Notes: generated by a model from the letters alone, not told the origin. Shown: positions 35,390 to 47,097, counted from the first letter of the stretch. The stretch: DNA of 64,000 nt from Felis catus (GCF_018350175.1 NC_058368.1:6882001-6946000); one strand, 5' to 3'. Numbers and translations are program-made.

Positions 35390-38300
35390 ACGCCTCTTCG
35401 GCTCCGGAGCGCGCGAGCCGGGGAACTCCGGCGCGGCCCCACCCCGCGCACGGCCGGACCCCGCCTCCCGCCCGCGTCCCGCGCGGTCCTAGAGCCCGCG
35501 CGCCGGCGGAGCTCGGGCGGCGAGAGCGGCGCGCGGGGAGCGTCCGCCCGCCGCTGCTTGGGCGGCGGCGGCCTGAGTAAGTCCCGGAAGGGACTGACCC
35601 GCCGCCTCTGCCGAGAACGAGGGGACAGCCGGCCCCCACTGCCCAAACAGAAAACGGAGCTGATGATCTGGATAATTCTGGGTGGCGTGGGAGGAAACGT
35701 GCTTCTGTACGGTTAAAATAACCCGATAAGCATCCCTACGTCCCAGGCACTTAACAAAATGTAAGGTGGTCTGTTTCTTTGACATACGTTGGGTCAAAAC
35801 ACCGTGACTTCGCGAAAAGACAAATTAGTAAGATAAAAATGAAACTGTATATTTCGCTCCGTGAATTAAGAAATAAATAATGAGGAAAGGGAGCCAAGCC
35901 GCCTTCCCGCCTCCCCTGCTGGCCATAAATTTAGAGTATGTTTATAAATACAGTACCTAAATATATTTGTTCTGAAAGTTGAGTTCCAAAGCAGGGAAGA
36001 TCTCAACCCAGCCGTGATGATGACGTTACCATAGACAAGTCTCGCAAGTGAGAAAAATGTCGTGTGAGAGCTACTTAAGCCGTGGCAGCTAAGGGTACAG
36101 TTCCTCTTTTGTACTTTGATAAAATACTCCGCGCATCCCGTTCCTCGTGTCAGGCAGCTCAGCTTTATTTCTTCCTACTTAAGAAAGTAGTTCAAGCTAG
36201 TAGAGTGACTTTATTATGTTAGAAAGGTTGCAACATTTCCCCGATTGGTGAGCTGCCGTCATGGGGTGCTTTTTGGGGTTCCCCCATTTCAGTGTGGCCG
36301 AGGGCCTGAGTTCAGATGAAGCTCAAAAATCAGATATGCCTTATCTAATGGTTCAAAGCATTCGAAACACAGCAAACAAAATTGAGGTGCAAAACCAGAT
36401 TTCTGGTACATGAATGCTGTTTCCATAGTGATTTCCTTTATAAGCTTGCCTGGGGAGAAAAAATTGCGAATAGAATATAGCGAAGTCCCCATAGTGGCCG
36501 GCCTGGTTCTCCAGACACCTACTTCCACGGAAGCCGGGGCCCTCCCTCTTTGCCCTGATACCCAAGCCAGTGGCGAGGACCCTACTTTACGCCACCGCAC
36601 ACTCAGGTTTGCGGTGCTTGTCTGTCTCCCTGTCTCCCTGCCCAGACGCGGAAGAATCACCCACCCGAATTCTTTGTGTTCTGTTCTGCTTAGACCCCCA
36701 GGGCCTACCGCTGTCACCAGGCTCCCAGACCCCGCCTTGTCTCTGTGGATGAATGCCTGTATGTAACTCCTGTCCTCCTCAATTCCTATTCTGTTCCAGG
36801 AAACAGGTTTAACGTGCCAGAATTTGAGCCCACCAAGACGCTTCTTCGTCCATGAATCCTAAAACGTCACAGGAAGGAAGGCCACCAGCTTTACACATCA
36901 TGTTACACGAGAACTGGCCTTTTTAAAGATAGATTCCTGATAGAATTGTCAAGAGTTGTGTCTAGGTGATGTTATAGAAGTCTAAATTCATGAGGGATGT
37001 CATAGAACTTCACAATGCCTTAGCCTCAGGTCGACTGGAGAGGCACGGATATAAAAAGAGATCCTTCTATGTGCTAGGCACTGCCCTGGGGTATTTCTTA
37101 CCATATGCGATACAGTTAAGATAAGATTTGACTGAAACACCACACTATTGTACCCAGAGCTTAGAAGGAGTCGTCTGGGTTTGGAACAGTTTTTACAAAG
37201 ACCGTTGTACCTAGAGAAACATGAGTATGTGTATAACTGACTTGTTTGGGGCCTTCCTGAGTGCGGAAACTGCAAAATTTACCCAGGTAACTTCAAGGAC
37301 CAAGCAAGTAAACAGCCCAGGGCCAGCTTAATCTACTCGGTTTTAAATTTTTGAATATTTTTTTCATTTGAATAGTTTTACACAATCCTGCAAAGACCAG
37401 AACCTTGCGAGCTACTTCATATTTTCTGTTACTCATCTCGTGTCTAGTTAACCACGCGTCACCTCATACAGGCATAGCACGGAGACATCGTGGGCTTGGT
37501 TCCAGACCACCGCAAAAAAGCAAATATTGCAATAAAGCAAGTCAAATTAATTTGGGAGTCTCCCAGGACATATAAAAAGTTCCGGTTACACTCGACTACA
37601 GTCTTTTAAGTGTGCAATAGCATTGTGTCTAAAACACAATGTACCTTAACTTAAAAAATACGTTTATTACGATTGTTATATATTATATACATATATATGC
37701 ATATGGCAATTTTGTAAAAGAAAACAATAAAGTTTGCCCCATTGACGGACTCTTTCACGGACAATTTCCCTGTAGTGTCTCCCCCTCAGTAGAACCTCCT
37801 TCAAAGCTGGAGTCTATCCTCTCAAATCCTGCCCTGCTTGAACTTCTAAATCCCGTGTTGTCACGTCAACAGGCTTCACAGCATCTTCAGCAGGAGCAGA
37901 GTCCCATCTGGAGAAACCACGTTCTCTGCTCAGCGGTGAGAAGCAGTCCTCACCCCATCGCGTCCTGTCACGAGATCGCGGCAACGCCGTCCACCTTCAG
38001 GCCCCACTTCGTCTAGTCCTGGTTCTCTCGCTGTTTCCACCACATCCGCCGTGATTGCCTCCACCGACGCCCCGAGCCCCCAGAGTCATCCCCAAGGGTG
38101 GGAATCACTTCTGCCAAACGCCAGCAGAGGTGGATATTGTGCCCTCTGCCCGTGCATATTGAATGTTCTTAATAGCATCCAGAATCTAGAATGTTCTTAA
38201 TGGCATCTAGAATCCTTTCCAGAAGGTTTTATTTGCTTAGCCCAGATCTATCAGAGGGATCACTACGTATGGCAGCTATGACCTTACAAAACCTACCTAT

Positions 38301-39154
38301 TAAAATATAAGACCTGTGGGGTTTTGTACATAGCAGGGCTCTCGGGTGACCAGGTGTATTGGTCCGTGAGGAGGAATATTTTGAAAGGAATCATTTCTCT
38401 TAGCGGTAGTTCTCAACAGTGGGCTTCAAATATTCAGTAAACCGTGCTGTAAACAGACGTGCTGTCATTCGAGCTTCGGGGTATCGTCTATAGAGCACAG
38501 GCAGAGTCGATTCAGCAGAATTCTGAAGGGCCGGGGGGTTTTTGGAATGGTCAGTGAGCACTGACTTCATATCACCAGCTGCCTTAGCCCCTGACAAGAC
38601 AGAAGCTTTGAGGCCGGCCACTGACTTCTCTCTAGCTGTGCAAGTCCTCAGTGGCATCTTCTTCCACTAGAAGGCCATTTCGTCTACACTGAAAACCTGT
38701 TGTTCAGTAGTCCCACCGTCGTTACCATCGCACCTAGACCCGGATACGTCGCCGCAGCTCCACACCGGCATTTGCGGGTTTACCTTGCGATGTTACGGCA
38801 CAGAGACGGATTCTTTCCGTCAAGGTCACGAGCCTTCGAACGTTTCTTCTGGCGCTTCCTCACCTCTCTCGGCCTTCACAGAAAGGATTACAGTTGGGTC
38901 CTCGCTGTGGATCAGGCTTTGGCTCAAGGGAATGTTGCGGCTGTTGTGATGTCTCTCCGGAACACTCAGAATGCCTCCATATCAGCGATAACACCGTTTC
39001 ACTTGCGTATCATTTGTAACACAGCACTTTAAACTTCCTTCAAGATTGTTTCCTCTTCGTTCCCAGCTTGGCTAGTGTTTTTGCTGCAGAGGCCCAGCTT
39101 TTGGCCTATCTTGGCTTTCACCATGCCTTCCGCACTAAGCTTAATCACGTCTAG

Positions 39155-39378
39155 GTTTTTTTTTTTTTAAAGCAAACTTCTTTTTTTTTAAACGTTTATT
39201 CATGTTCGAGAGACAGAGCAGAAGCAGGGAAGGGGCAGAGAGAGAGGGAGACACAGAATCAGAAACAGGCGCCAGGCTGTCAGCACAGAGCCTGATGGGG
39301 GCTCGAACCCACCAACCGCGAGATCATGACCTGAGCCAGGGTCTGACGCTCAGCCGACAGAGCCACCCAGGCGCCCCT
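39155..39378 (-). mobile_element. CAN-SINE inserted in Tigger1 transposase 5' region
   Basis: Reverse-complement SINE ending CCACCCAGGCGCCCC. Confidence 0.92.
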
Positions 39379-39503
39379 CGTCGCTTCTGGTTTTAAGTGA
39401 GAGACATGTGGCTTTTTCCTTTCATTTGAGCACTTAGAGGCCATTACAGGGTTACTAATTGGCCTAATTTCAATATCGCTGTGTCCCAGGGAATAGGGAG
39501 ACC

Positions 39504-39507
<4 letters not shown>

Positions 39508-39538
<31 letters not shown>
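39508..39538. repeat. (GA)n microsatellite within Tigger1
   Basis: Directly visible. Confidence 0.9.
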
Positions 39539-39541
<3 letters not shown>

Positions 39542-39913
39542 GAACAACCTGAGCAGTCAGAACACACACATTTATTGACTAAGTTCATCATCTTATATGG
39601 GTGCCGTTTGTGGCACCCCAAAATTACAAAGTGATTGCGGGATCACTGATCACAGATCACCACAACAGATACAATAATGCAAAACGTTGATGTATCCCAA
39701 GAACCAGCAAAATGTGACACAGAGCCCATGAAGTGAGCCAATGATGTGGGAAGAATGGCCCCACCCACGACTGCCACAAACCCTCACAGTAAAACGCACA
39801 ATGAATGTGAAGAGCAACAACACGAGTTGTGCTTGTATATTTCTGGCTATTTGTCTTCTCCCTAAAGGCATCTGGATTTGTACCAGCTCACATAAATAAA
39901 TGGAAGTTTGCTT

Positions 39914-40578
39914 GGGGTGAGGGGAAGGAAGTGGGGGGGAGGGGGTAAGTGGGGGGAGGGGGAAGGAAGTGGGGGGAGGGGAAGGAAGTGGGGGGAGGGG
40001 AAGGAAGTGGGGGGAGGGGGAAGGAAGTGGGGGGAGGGGGAAGGAAGTGGGGGAGGAGGAGGAAGTGGGGGGAGGGGAAGGAAGTGGGGGGAGGGGGAGG
40101 AAGTGGGAGGAGGGGGAGGAAGTGGGGGAGGGGAGGAAGTGGGGGGAGGGGAAGGAAGTGGGGGAGGGGAGGAAGTGGGGGAGGGGAAGGAAGTGGGGGG
40201 AGGGGGAAGGAAGTGGGGGGAGGGGGAAGGAAGTGGGGGGAGGAAGTGGGGGGAGGGGGAAGGAAGTGAGGGGAGGGGAAGGAAGTTGGGGGAGGGGGAA
40301 GGAAGTGGGGGGAGGGGAAGGAAGTTGGGGGAGGGGGGAGGAAGTGGGGGGAGGGGAAAGTAGTGGGGGAGGGGAAGGAAGTGGGGGGAGGGGAAGGAAG
40401 TGGGGGGAGGGGAAGAAAGTGGGGGAGGGGGGAGGAAGTGGGGGGAGGGGGGAGGAAGTGGGGGGAGGGGGAGGAAGTGGGGGGAGGGGGAAGGAAGTGG
40501 GGGGAGGGGAAGGAAGTGGGGGGAGGGGAAGGAAGTGGGAGGAGGGGGAAGGAAGTGGGGGGAGGGGGAAGGGTGGGG
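39914..40578. repeat. Purine-rich minisatellite, unit ~19-20 bp GGGGGGAGGGG(G)AAGGAAGT, ~34 units
   Basis: Directly visible; no C on the plus strand; about 30 GGAAGT hexamers by manual count. Confidence 0.97.
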
Positions 40579-40599
40579 CATAAGACATCCACAGTGACA

Positions 40600-40800
40600 G
40601 GTAATGCTTACTGAGGACTTTTCGATGCACCAACTTACCAGATCCTCGTAACAACCCGGCGAGGTAAGTGCTATTATTATGCCCATTTTCGAGGCAGGGA
40701 ACCTGAGGCACAGAGTTAACGTTCCCTAGATGGCACAGTTGGTAAGCAACGGAACCAGGATTTGAACCCGGCTGCGAAGGCCACATTTGTATCCGCTCTG
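40600..40800 (-). mobile_element. MIR
   Basis: TATTATTATGCCCATTTTCGAGGCAGGGAACCTGAGGCACAGAG...CCAGGATTTGAACCCGG. Confidence 0.75.
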
Positions 40801-40999
40801 CTCTCCCAGCTCATGGAAAAGAGCCTCCTTTCAATTCTAGAACAATGAGGCCGAGAGGCACTGATCTAATACACGTATCACATATATTACGCCGTATAGA
40901 ATTCACTATGACCTACCTCCTGAGGCATTTTGCGACCTCGGTGAACGCCTGTAGGGTACTTAAAACAACTCCCGGCACTTCAGGAGCCGATCTTTCCCT

Positions 41000-42150
41000 T
41001 ATTCCCCCCTCCTCACCCTCCCCCCTCCTCCTCCGCCCCTCCCCTCCCTCCCCCTTCCCGGCTTCGTCTGCGGTCCTCCCCCCTCGGCCACCGTGCTCCT
41101 CTCACGCACGCCTCCCCGCCGCGCCTCACACCGCGACGAGCTCGTGCCGCCTGCAGCCAGCCCTCCTCCCTGGAACATCCTCCGTCCCTCGCCCGGTCGC
41201 CTCCCGGCCCTTCCCGGACCCCGCCCCCCCCCCCCCCCCCCCCCCCCCCACCCCGGGCGGGAGCCGCGTGACGACCGGGGCCTCGTCGCGAGGCGAGCTC
41301 CGCCCCCCAAGCCCGCAGGGCAGGCGGGAAGGCCGACCGGACGCGCGCGGCGGCCTGGGAACCGAAGCCGACGCCCGCCACGCCCGAGGCGCCTCCGGCC
41401 CCGGGGGCCCCTGAAGACACGGGGATGGCGACCCGCGGAGGGGTTCCGTCCTCCCCGGCCGACGCGACGGACTCGAGGGCTCTGCGGGCGCCTCGCCGAC
41501 CCTCTCCGGGCCGCCACGTCCCGTTTGCACGTCCCTCTCCCCCCAGTTCCCGCGAGAAGAGCCGCCGGAAAGAAAGACGGAAAGAAGACGGCACGCCCGC
41601 GGGGCTCCAGAGTGGCTCGCACGCCCGGGTCGCCGCTCTGGTCTTTCTCGTGGCTTCCGGGCTCCCCTCCCCCACCCCGCGGAGACGGCTTCTCCGGGCG
41701 TCAGGCGTCCGCCCCCTCGAGTCTGCAGGGCGGCGTTTTCCGCGCGCTTCGCCAGAGTTCGCCCGCGCGTCCGGAGCTCGTCAGGGGCCGCTTGGGCCCC
41801 CGCCCCGCCCCGGGATTTGACTGTCGCCGTTGCCCCTCGGCACGCACCGGGCCTCCTGGCCACGCGGCCTCGGTCGGCCGGGGCGCCTGGCGACGCGTGG
41901 CGCCCCGCCCGGGGGGGGGGGGGTTCCCGAGATGCTCCCGCCCGGCCGTCGGTTGCCAGAACCGGGCGCGACCGCCGCCCCCTCTTTCTGAAGACCACCC
42001 TGTCAGGCTCGCCAAGCGGAGCCCCGTGGCCCCGACGCCAGGCTCCCGAAATCTATTTAGCAGAAAGGAACTGCTGCCGGGTGCGCCAGAGACGGTTCGC
42101 GGTCCCGGGGTCCACGACGCAGGAGCGTCGGGGGGACGAGATGGAAGCGG
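41000..42150. promoter_or_regulatory. Second CpG island with no associated coding exon
   Basis: ~1.1 kb very GC- and CpG-rich and not repeat-like; C26 run 41224-41249; ETS-like CCGGAA/TTCCGG, E2F-like TTTTCCGCGC, GC boxes. Confidence 0.8.
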
Positions 42151-42282
42151 GAGTTTTCCCTGTGCATATATTTTTTGGATACTTTGGGGGGATTGAATTA
42201 CCGAGTGTATAACTATTCCAAAAATTAGACAGATTGAAGATTTTTAGAGCTTCAGCGATATATTGACGCGACAACATATATG

Positions 42283-42466
42283 TTTTTACATGTAAATGTT
42301 TATTTACTCTCGAGAGCGAGAAGGAGAGAGAGAGGGAGACAGAGGGTCTGAAGAAGGCTCTGTGCTGACAGCAGGACCCCCGAAGGGCGGTCTTGAACTC
42401 AGGAACCAGGAGATCATGACCTGAACCGAAGTCCAACACTTAACCGACCGAGCCACCCAGGTGCCT
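42283..42466 (-). mobile_element. CAN-SINE
   Basis: Reverse-complement SINE. Confidence 0.9.
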
Positions 42467-42522
42467 TGATGTGACAATATTTTTTTAATTCCTAGGCACA
42501 ACCTAAAATTGTTTTCATCTCC

Positions 42523-42740
42523 GGGTGCCCGGGTGGCTCAGTCGGTTGAGCATCCGACTTCAGCTCAGGTCAGGAGCTTGTGGTTTGTGGGGTCCAGCCC
42601 CGCGTCGGGCTCTGTGCAAACGGCTCAGAGCCTGGAGCTGCTTCGCCTTCTGTGTCTCCCTCTCTCTCTGCCCTCCCCCGCTCATGCTCTGTCTCTCTTT
42701 CTCTGTCAAAAATAAATAAAACATTAATAAATTTTTTTTT
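42523..42740 (+). mobile_element. CAN-SINE
   Basis: Typical head, body and tail. Confidence 0.92.
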
Positions 42741-43879
42741 TAAATCACCGAGGGCTTGTAGACAAAACAATGCCAATTTGTTCACCTATGCTGAGTTCCT
42801 TCCTCCCCTGGGCACCGAACACACCGATCATTCCTATTATGTTGACTTGCCTACAGGTTCACCTCTTCTGCCGCCCGGTCTACTTCTCCAACCGTAGGGG
42901 GGCATGTCTTATCTGTCCTTCCACGGATCTGCCCTCGGGTACCTGCTTCCCTGCCCATCTGCTTCAATACTTCTCCTTCACGGACCTCCCTGGTCCCAGG
43001 AGGCACGTTGACTCCTTCTTTTCCACCCGTGCTGACCCCTTGGATACAGTGACTCAGCTTTTGGATTGGCCTCTTGCCTTGGCACTTGGCCCCTACACGA
43101 TTCAGCTTCCTGTATCTGCTCCCTGGCCACTCTCCGTCTGCCAAGCAGCTGAGGTCATTTTCCGCTTGTCACCATGTATGGGAATGGACAGCAAAAGCCG
43201 CCATCACCCGGTCTGGAAACTTCGGCATCGTCCGTTTCTTCTGCTCCTCACCCCCCGGCCCTCCATGCAAGTTCATTCCAAGGCAGCGTTACCTCGAGTA
43301 GGTCCTTCCTTCTGAACCCACCCTTCCAGGCTGCCTGAGATCAGGGGCCCATCCTCCCTTGGTGAGCCGCGGCACCAGCCTCCCGTCTGGCTGCTCTTTA
43401 GTCTGCGTCCCTCCGGTTCTTTCTCTACATGCCCGGCAGAACTCTTGTCCCCAGATGCAAATCTGGTCACGGTGCTCTCCTGCTGAGAAAGCTCCACAGG
43501 TCCCGGATGCTGGCGGACCGAGTCGGAGTTCTTGGCTCACCAGAACAGGTCCCTCACACCGTATCCCTCACCCTTCACTGCAGCCACAGCCCGTCCTCCA
43601 ACTGCACCACACTCCTCACTCCGACGCACCAGGGTGCTGGCCTTCCCCGGGGTGTTTCTACCATCCTCGCCTTCTCCCGTGTTCCTCCTTCTTCCAGGAC
43701 TGACCACGTGGCTTGGTTTGCCCAGAAGGGTCTCTGCTTACACGTGTCATTCAGTGTAATTATTAGGAGCCTCCCTTTCACTCTCCAAATGCCCTGGTCT
43801 GGTCAACAGATGACGTGGCCCCACTGCAGTTGGTCTGACGCTTCACCTGGAAAATGTCTGCTCATCTTCGAAGATCTGC

Positions 43880-44260
43880 TCCAAGTGCCGGAAGAAGCGC
43901 TGGGAAGCCTCGTGTGAGTTCCCTGGAGGAAGTCGGCCGCTCCTTCCGTGCCCCTCCAGCCTTGTGTGTGTAATTCATGACAGCGTTAACCATGGTATAT
44001 TACTAGAGACTTGTTTGTATGTCTGTCTTCCTTGCTAGACTTCTTGAGTCTTGTGTACTTTTGCATCCAGAAGAGTCCCTGATAGGTAGTAGGTGTTCAT
44101 TTACAGTTTGCTGAAGAGGAATGAGAAAAGGAATTCGCGAAAAGTTTATTAAGAACTATGTGCCAGGCACCGTTCTAGGTTCTTTGGCAAGACAGATGAA
44201 CATCCACATTCTCGCAGAGTTTACACTTAGTCGGAGGAAACAGACCAAGTGGGTTTCTGA
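43880..44260. mobile_element. L2 fragments
   Basis: L2 3' end-like motifs (GTCTGTCTTCCTTGCTAGAC...TAGTAGGTGTTCA; TTTATTAAGAACTATGTGCCAGGCACCGTTCTAGG). Confidence 0.55.
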
Positions 44261-45380
44261 ACAATCTACTGGTGAGAGTGTAAGTACGGGGTTGGCTGTA
44301 ACTAAGCAGGCTCGCCCCTGGAGCACGGGGTGGGAGTCAGCTTCCCTGGAGGCACTGGGCTGTCTGAGGGATGGGGGCCCCCCCGGCCGATACAAGGATT
44401 CAGTCAGAAGGGAAGAAGCAAAGAACAGATTCAGGTAAACAGTGTCCGTGTGGGGCGGGACCGGCAGAGTAATTCACTTCCACGCCACAGCTGCCTCCGG
44501 TAATGCCTCCCTTCAATCCTGTCAGGGTGTCTCTGGGACGGTATGTTTAATCTCATTTGAATATAATCCAGAATGTTATTGTGAAGTCTTGGATGAAAGG
44601 CTCCCCTGGCACACACGACATTTAAAGCCTGTTGTTCATCTTTGTTCACGGTCAAGATCGGTCAACCTTGTCATGAAAACTTTCCTTGACCACGGCTGCT
44701 CCAACTTTTGCATCAGTGGTGTTTCTAGTCATCATAATATCAAATCTGTAGGAAAAAAACATACCCACAGAAACTGTTACCATTCAAATATTAAAGTAAA
44801 AATAGATCTACAGGCATGAAAATGACAATGCTATCTATTCCATGGACATAGTTCTGATAGAAGCAAGGCACCCAGGGACACTAGCTCCAAGAGAGACCTC
44901 TTTAGGGTTAGGCCCCAGCCTGGAGAGCCCTAAATACCTTTCCTCCTGGGTCCATAATTATGGCCTGAGAAAGTCTCAATCCTACCAAAGGCACATCAAA
45001 GAAAATTTCTTCAAATTGTTTTTTTCCTCATGAGATGACGGAGTAACAAGTTTACGGACGAGACTATCAAGTAGACGTGTTGATGATGTTGATAATGAAA
45101 TCGGTTGGAGAACATGCAAACTAAATCAGAAAATACTGAATGAAAATCCTTCTGTGCTTTTTCCTTTGAACGCCTAGGTCAAAGCCACCCATGCCGTTTT
45201 CTGCAATACTGCACCAGTGTTCCAATGAGGCGAAACCCGCTCAATCCGCGTGATCCGTTATCTGTTGTAACCTGAAAGGTGTCACTCTCACTTGATCCCC
45301 TTTTATGCCATACCACAACTTCAGTTGAAATAATTTTCCTGCTCCCAATACTGCAGTAGGTTTCTTCCTCTCTTCCCCCC

Positions 45381-45448
45381 CTTTCTTTCTTTTTCTTTCC
45401 TTTCCTTTCCTTTCCTTTCCTTTTCTTTTCTTTTCTTTTCTTTCTTTC
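45381..45448. repeat. (TTTCC)n/(TTTTC)n polypyrimidine microsatellite
   Basis: Directly visible. Confidence 0.9.
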
Positions 45449-45449
45449 T

Positions 45450-45930
45450 ACTTTGTATTAGGAAATGTTCAAACATACTTTAGAAAGTAGACAATAGTAA
45501 GATGAACCCACCTAAACCATTACCTAGTTTTTCTACATAAAACGTACATATAGTAAAATGCATAAACTTTAAGTGCACAATGTGTTTTGACAAATGTATG
45601 TGCCTGTTTCACTGCCACTCCCAATCAATATATAAAACATTTCCATCACCCCAGAAAGCTCCTTAGCCATCCCCCAATTTTACCAGGTATTAATACATGA
45701 CATGCTTGGTTTATCCGTATCCCTCCCCCCCGCCCACAACTCCCAGGATGATTTTGAAGCAAACCCAGACATCGTATTATTTTACCTGTAAATATTTCCC
45801 TATGTTTCTCTAAGAGATAACCAAAATATTACTATCACACTTAAATGAACAAGAATTTCTTAACATTATCAAATATCCAGCCTGTGTCCACGTCTCCTCA
45901 ACTCTCTTTTAATAGATTTATAATTGGTTT
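45450..45930 (-). mobile_element. Old L1 3' end fragments (L1MC/ME-like)
   Basis: AAACATTTCCATCACCCCAGAAAG; TTTTGAAGCAAACCCAGACATCGTATTATTT. Confidence 0.6.
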
Positions 45931-46585
45931 CTTTACTTTTGATCTATCCCACTGATTTTAAAAAACACCCCAGATGAATATTTCCAAGCCGTTGTCACGA
46001 TTATCTACTGAGTACTCCTTAGGCTACTAGAACCTGGATTCAATACAGAACTTTCCAATTTCAGTTTCCAATTTTCCTCTTCATGCAGCTTAGCCTTCAG
46101 CAAAAGTAGGCTAATTTTTGTATGAAAAAAACAAAACCCTGGCTTCCACGACTCTAGAATTTGATTATGTGTCTCTTCTCTTCACCCTGCACGCAAATGG
46201 TCATTAAATAAATCTCTGTTGAACGCCTACCAGGCATCAGGGACCGGTTAGTAGCTAGAGAAGCCAGCAGTCAACAAGATAAGTACAAATCCCGCCCTCA
46301 CGGAGGATTATGGCATCTCCTCTCTCTACTTACTGAAATCGCATTTACTTAAAGGTGAGGTCCAAATGTCGCGTTCTGTGCAAAGTCGGCCCTGATCGCT
46401 TCAGGCAGAAATACTCTCGCTCCTCTTAAACTCTTGCTTTGTTTCATTTCAACTGCCCCTAGAGTATATACCACATAAGGAATCTGAACCGAAGATATGT
46501 AGAGAGAAGTCCTTCATTTTTGTAAGACCTTCAACATCTAATGGGAACATAATGAATGAGTAAATGAACATGTTAAGAACGGTTA

Positions 46586-46586
<1 letters not shown>

Positions 46587-46629
<43 letters not shown>
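46587..46629. repeat. (CA)n microsatellite
   Basis: Directly visible. Confidence 0.95.
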
Positions 46630-46631
<2 letters not shown>

Positions 46632-46886
46632 AGCTCAGCTGACAGTGTGTCAGACTCATCAGGGAGAACAGCTCTCTCCTTCCTTCTTTAGCAATTGGTC
46701 TGGCCTAACGTTATGTTGGCAAAAAGAAAGGGTATATCAGGGGCACTAAGAAAAAAACAAAGAAACACATGCACACAAAAAATCACCCACTGACTGCTGA
46801 ACCTGAACCAACTGTTTTAAGAAAAGGTATTACTGAGACATTCTTCACTCGGTACAAGGGATTGCACTGCTTTAAGGACACTTCCA

Positions 46887-47097
46887 GGGGCCCCTGGGTG
46901 GCTCAGCTGGCCGAGCTACCTACCGACTTCAGGTCAGGTCACGATCTCACAGCTTGTGAGTTGGAGCCCTGCGTCGGGCTCTGTGCTGACAGCCCGGAGC
47001 CTGGAGCCTGCTTCAGATTCTGTGTCTCCCTCTCTCTCTGGCCCTCCCCACTTGTGCTCTGTTTCTCTCTCAAAAATAAACAAACATTAAAAAAAAT
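46887..47097 (+). mobile_element. CAN-SINE
   Basis: Typical body and tail. Confidence 0.92.

Larger units (their letters stand above)
34220..35650. promoter_or_regulatory. USP12: CpG island / TATA-less USP12 promoter (likely bidirectional)
   Basis: Extremely GC- and CpG-rich ~1.4 kb spanning exon 1; many GGGCGG boxes; YY1-type AAGATGGCG (minus, 34845-34853); CCGGAAG at ~35584. Confidence 0.92.
37469..39835 (-). mobile_element. Tigger1 DNA transposon fossil (near full length, TA target duplications, dead transposase)
   Basis: TA|CAGGCATAGCACGGAGACATCG...TTCCAGACCACCGCAA at one end and ...CACGAGTTGTGCTTG|TA at the other. Minus-strand remnants: MASKCSNERK (ATG at 39444) and MPLRTCTAREKS...STLPVLY...MTARLFTARFTEYLKPTVENY. 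Confidence 0.92.

Noticed and set aside
34180..35716. Long ORFs of 488 aa (minus) and 308 aa (plus) across the USP12 CpG island
   Set aside because: Arg/Gly/Pro/Ala low-complexity products of stop-poor GC-rich DNA and the 39-bp repeat. Only MEILMTVSKFASICTM is recognisable, and it ends at a splice donor.
36010..36120. Possible C/D box snoRNA from GTGATGA
   Set aside because: No D box (CTGA) at a suitable distance and no terminal stem.
38400..39444. Domesticated TIGD1-like transposase gene
   Set aside because: The reading frame is broken by deletions, frameshifts and a SINE insertion close to the start codon.
35184..40578. CRISPR-like interpretation of the tandem arrays
   Set aside because: The repeats are contiguous with no unique spacers, the context is mammalian, and there are no cas genes.
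39650..40786. Proline-rich (extensin/formin-like) and Gly/Glu-rich ORFs up to 378 aa
   Set aside because: They are translations of the purine minisatellite, open in nearly all frames, with flanks from MIR and Tigger1.
40845..42212. Several 130-367 aa ORFs in the second CpG island
   Set aside because: Overlapping ORFs on both strands with low-complexity composition, no recognisable domain and no convincing exon structure.
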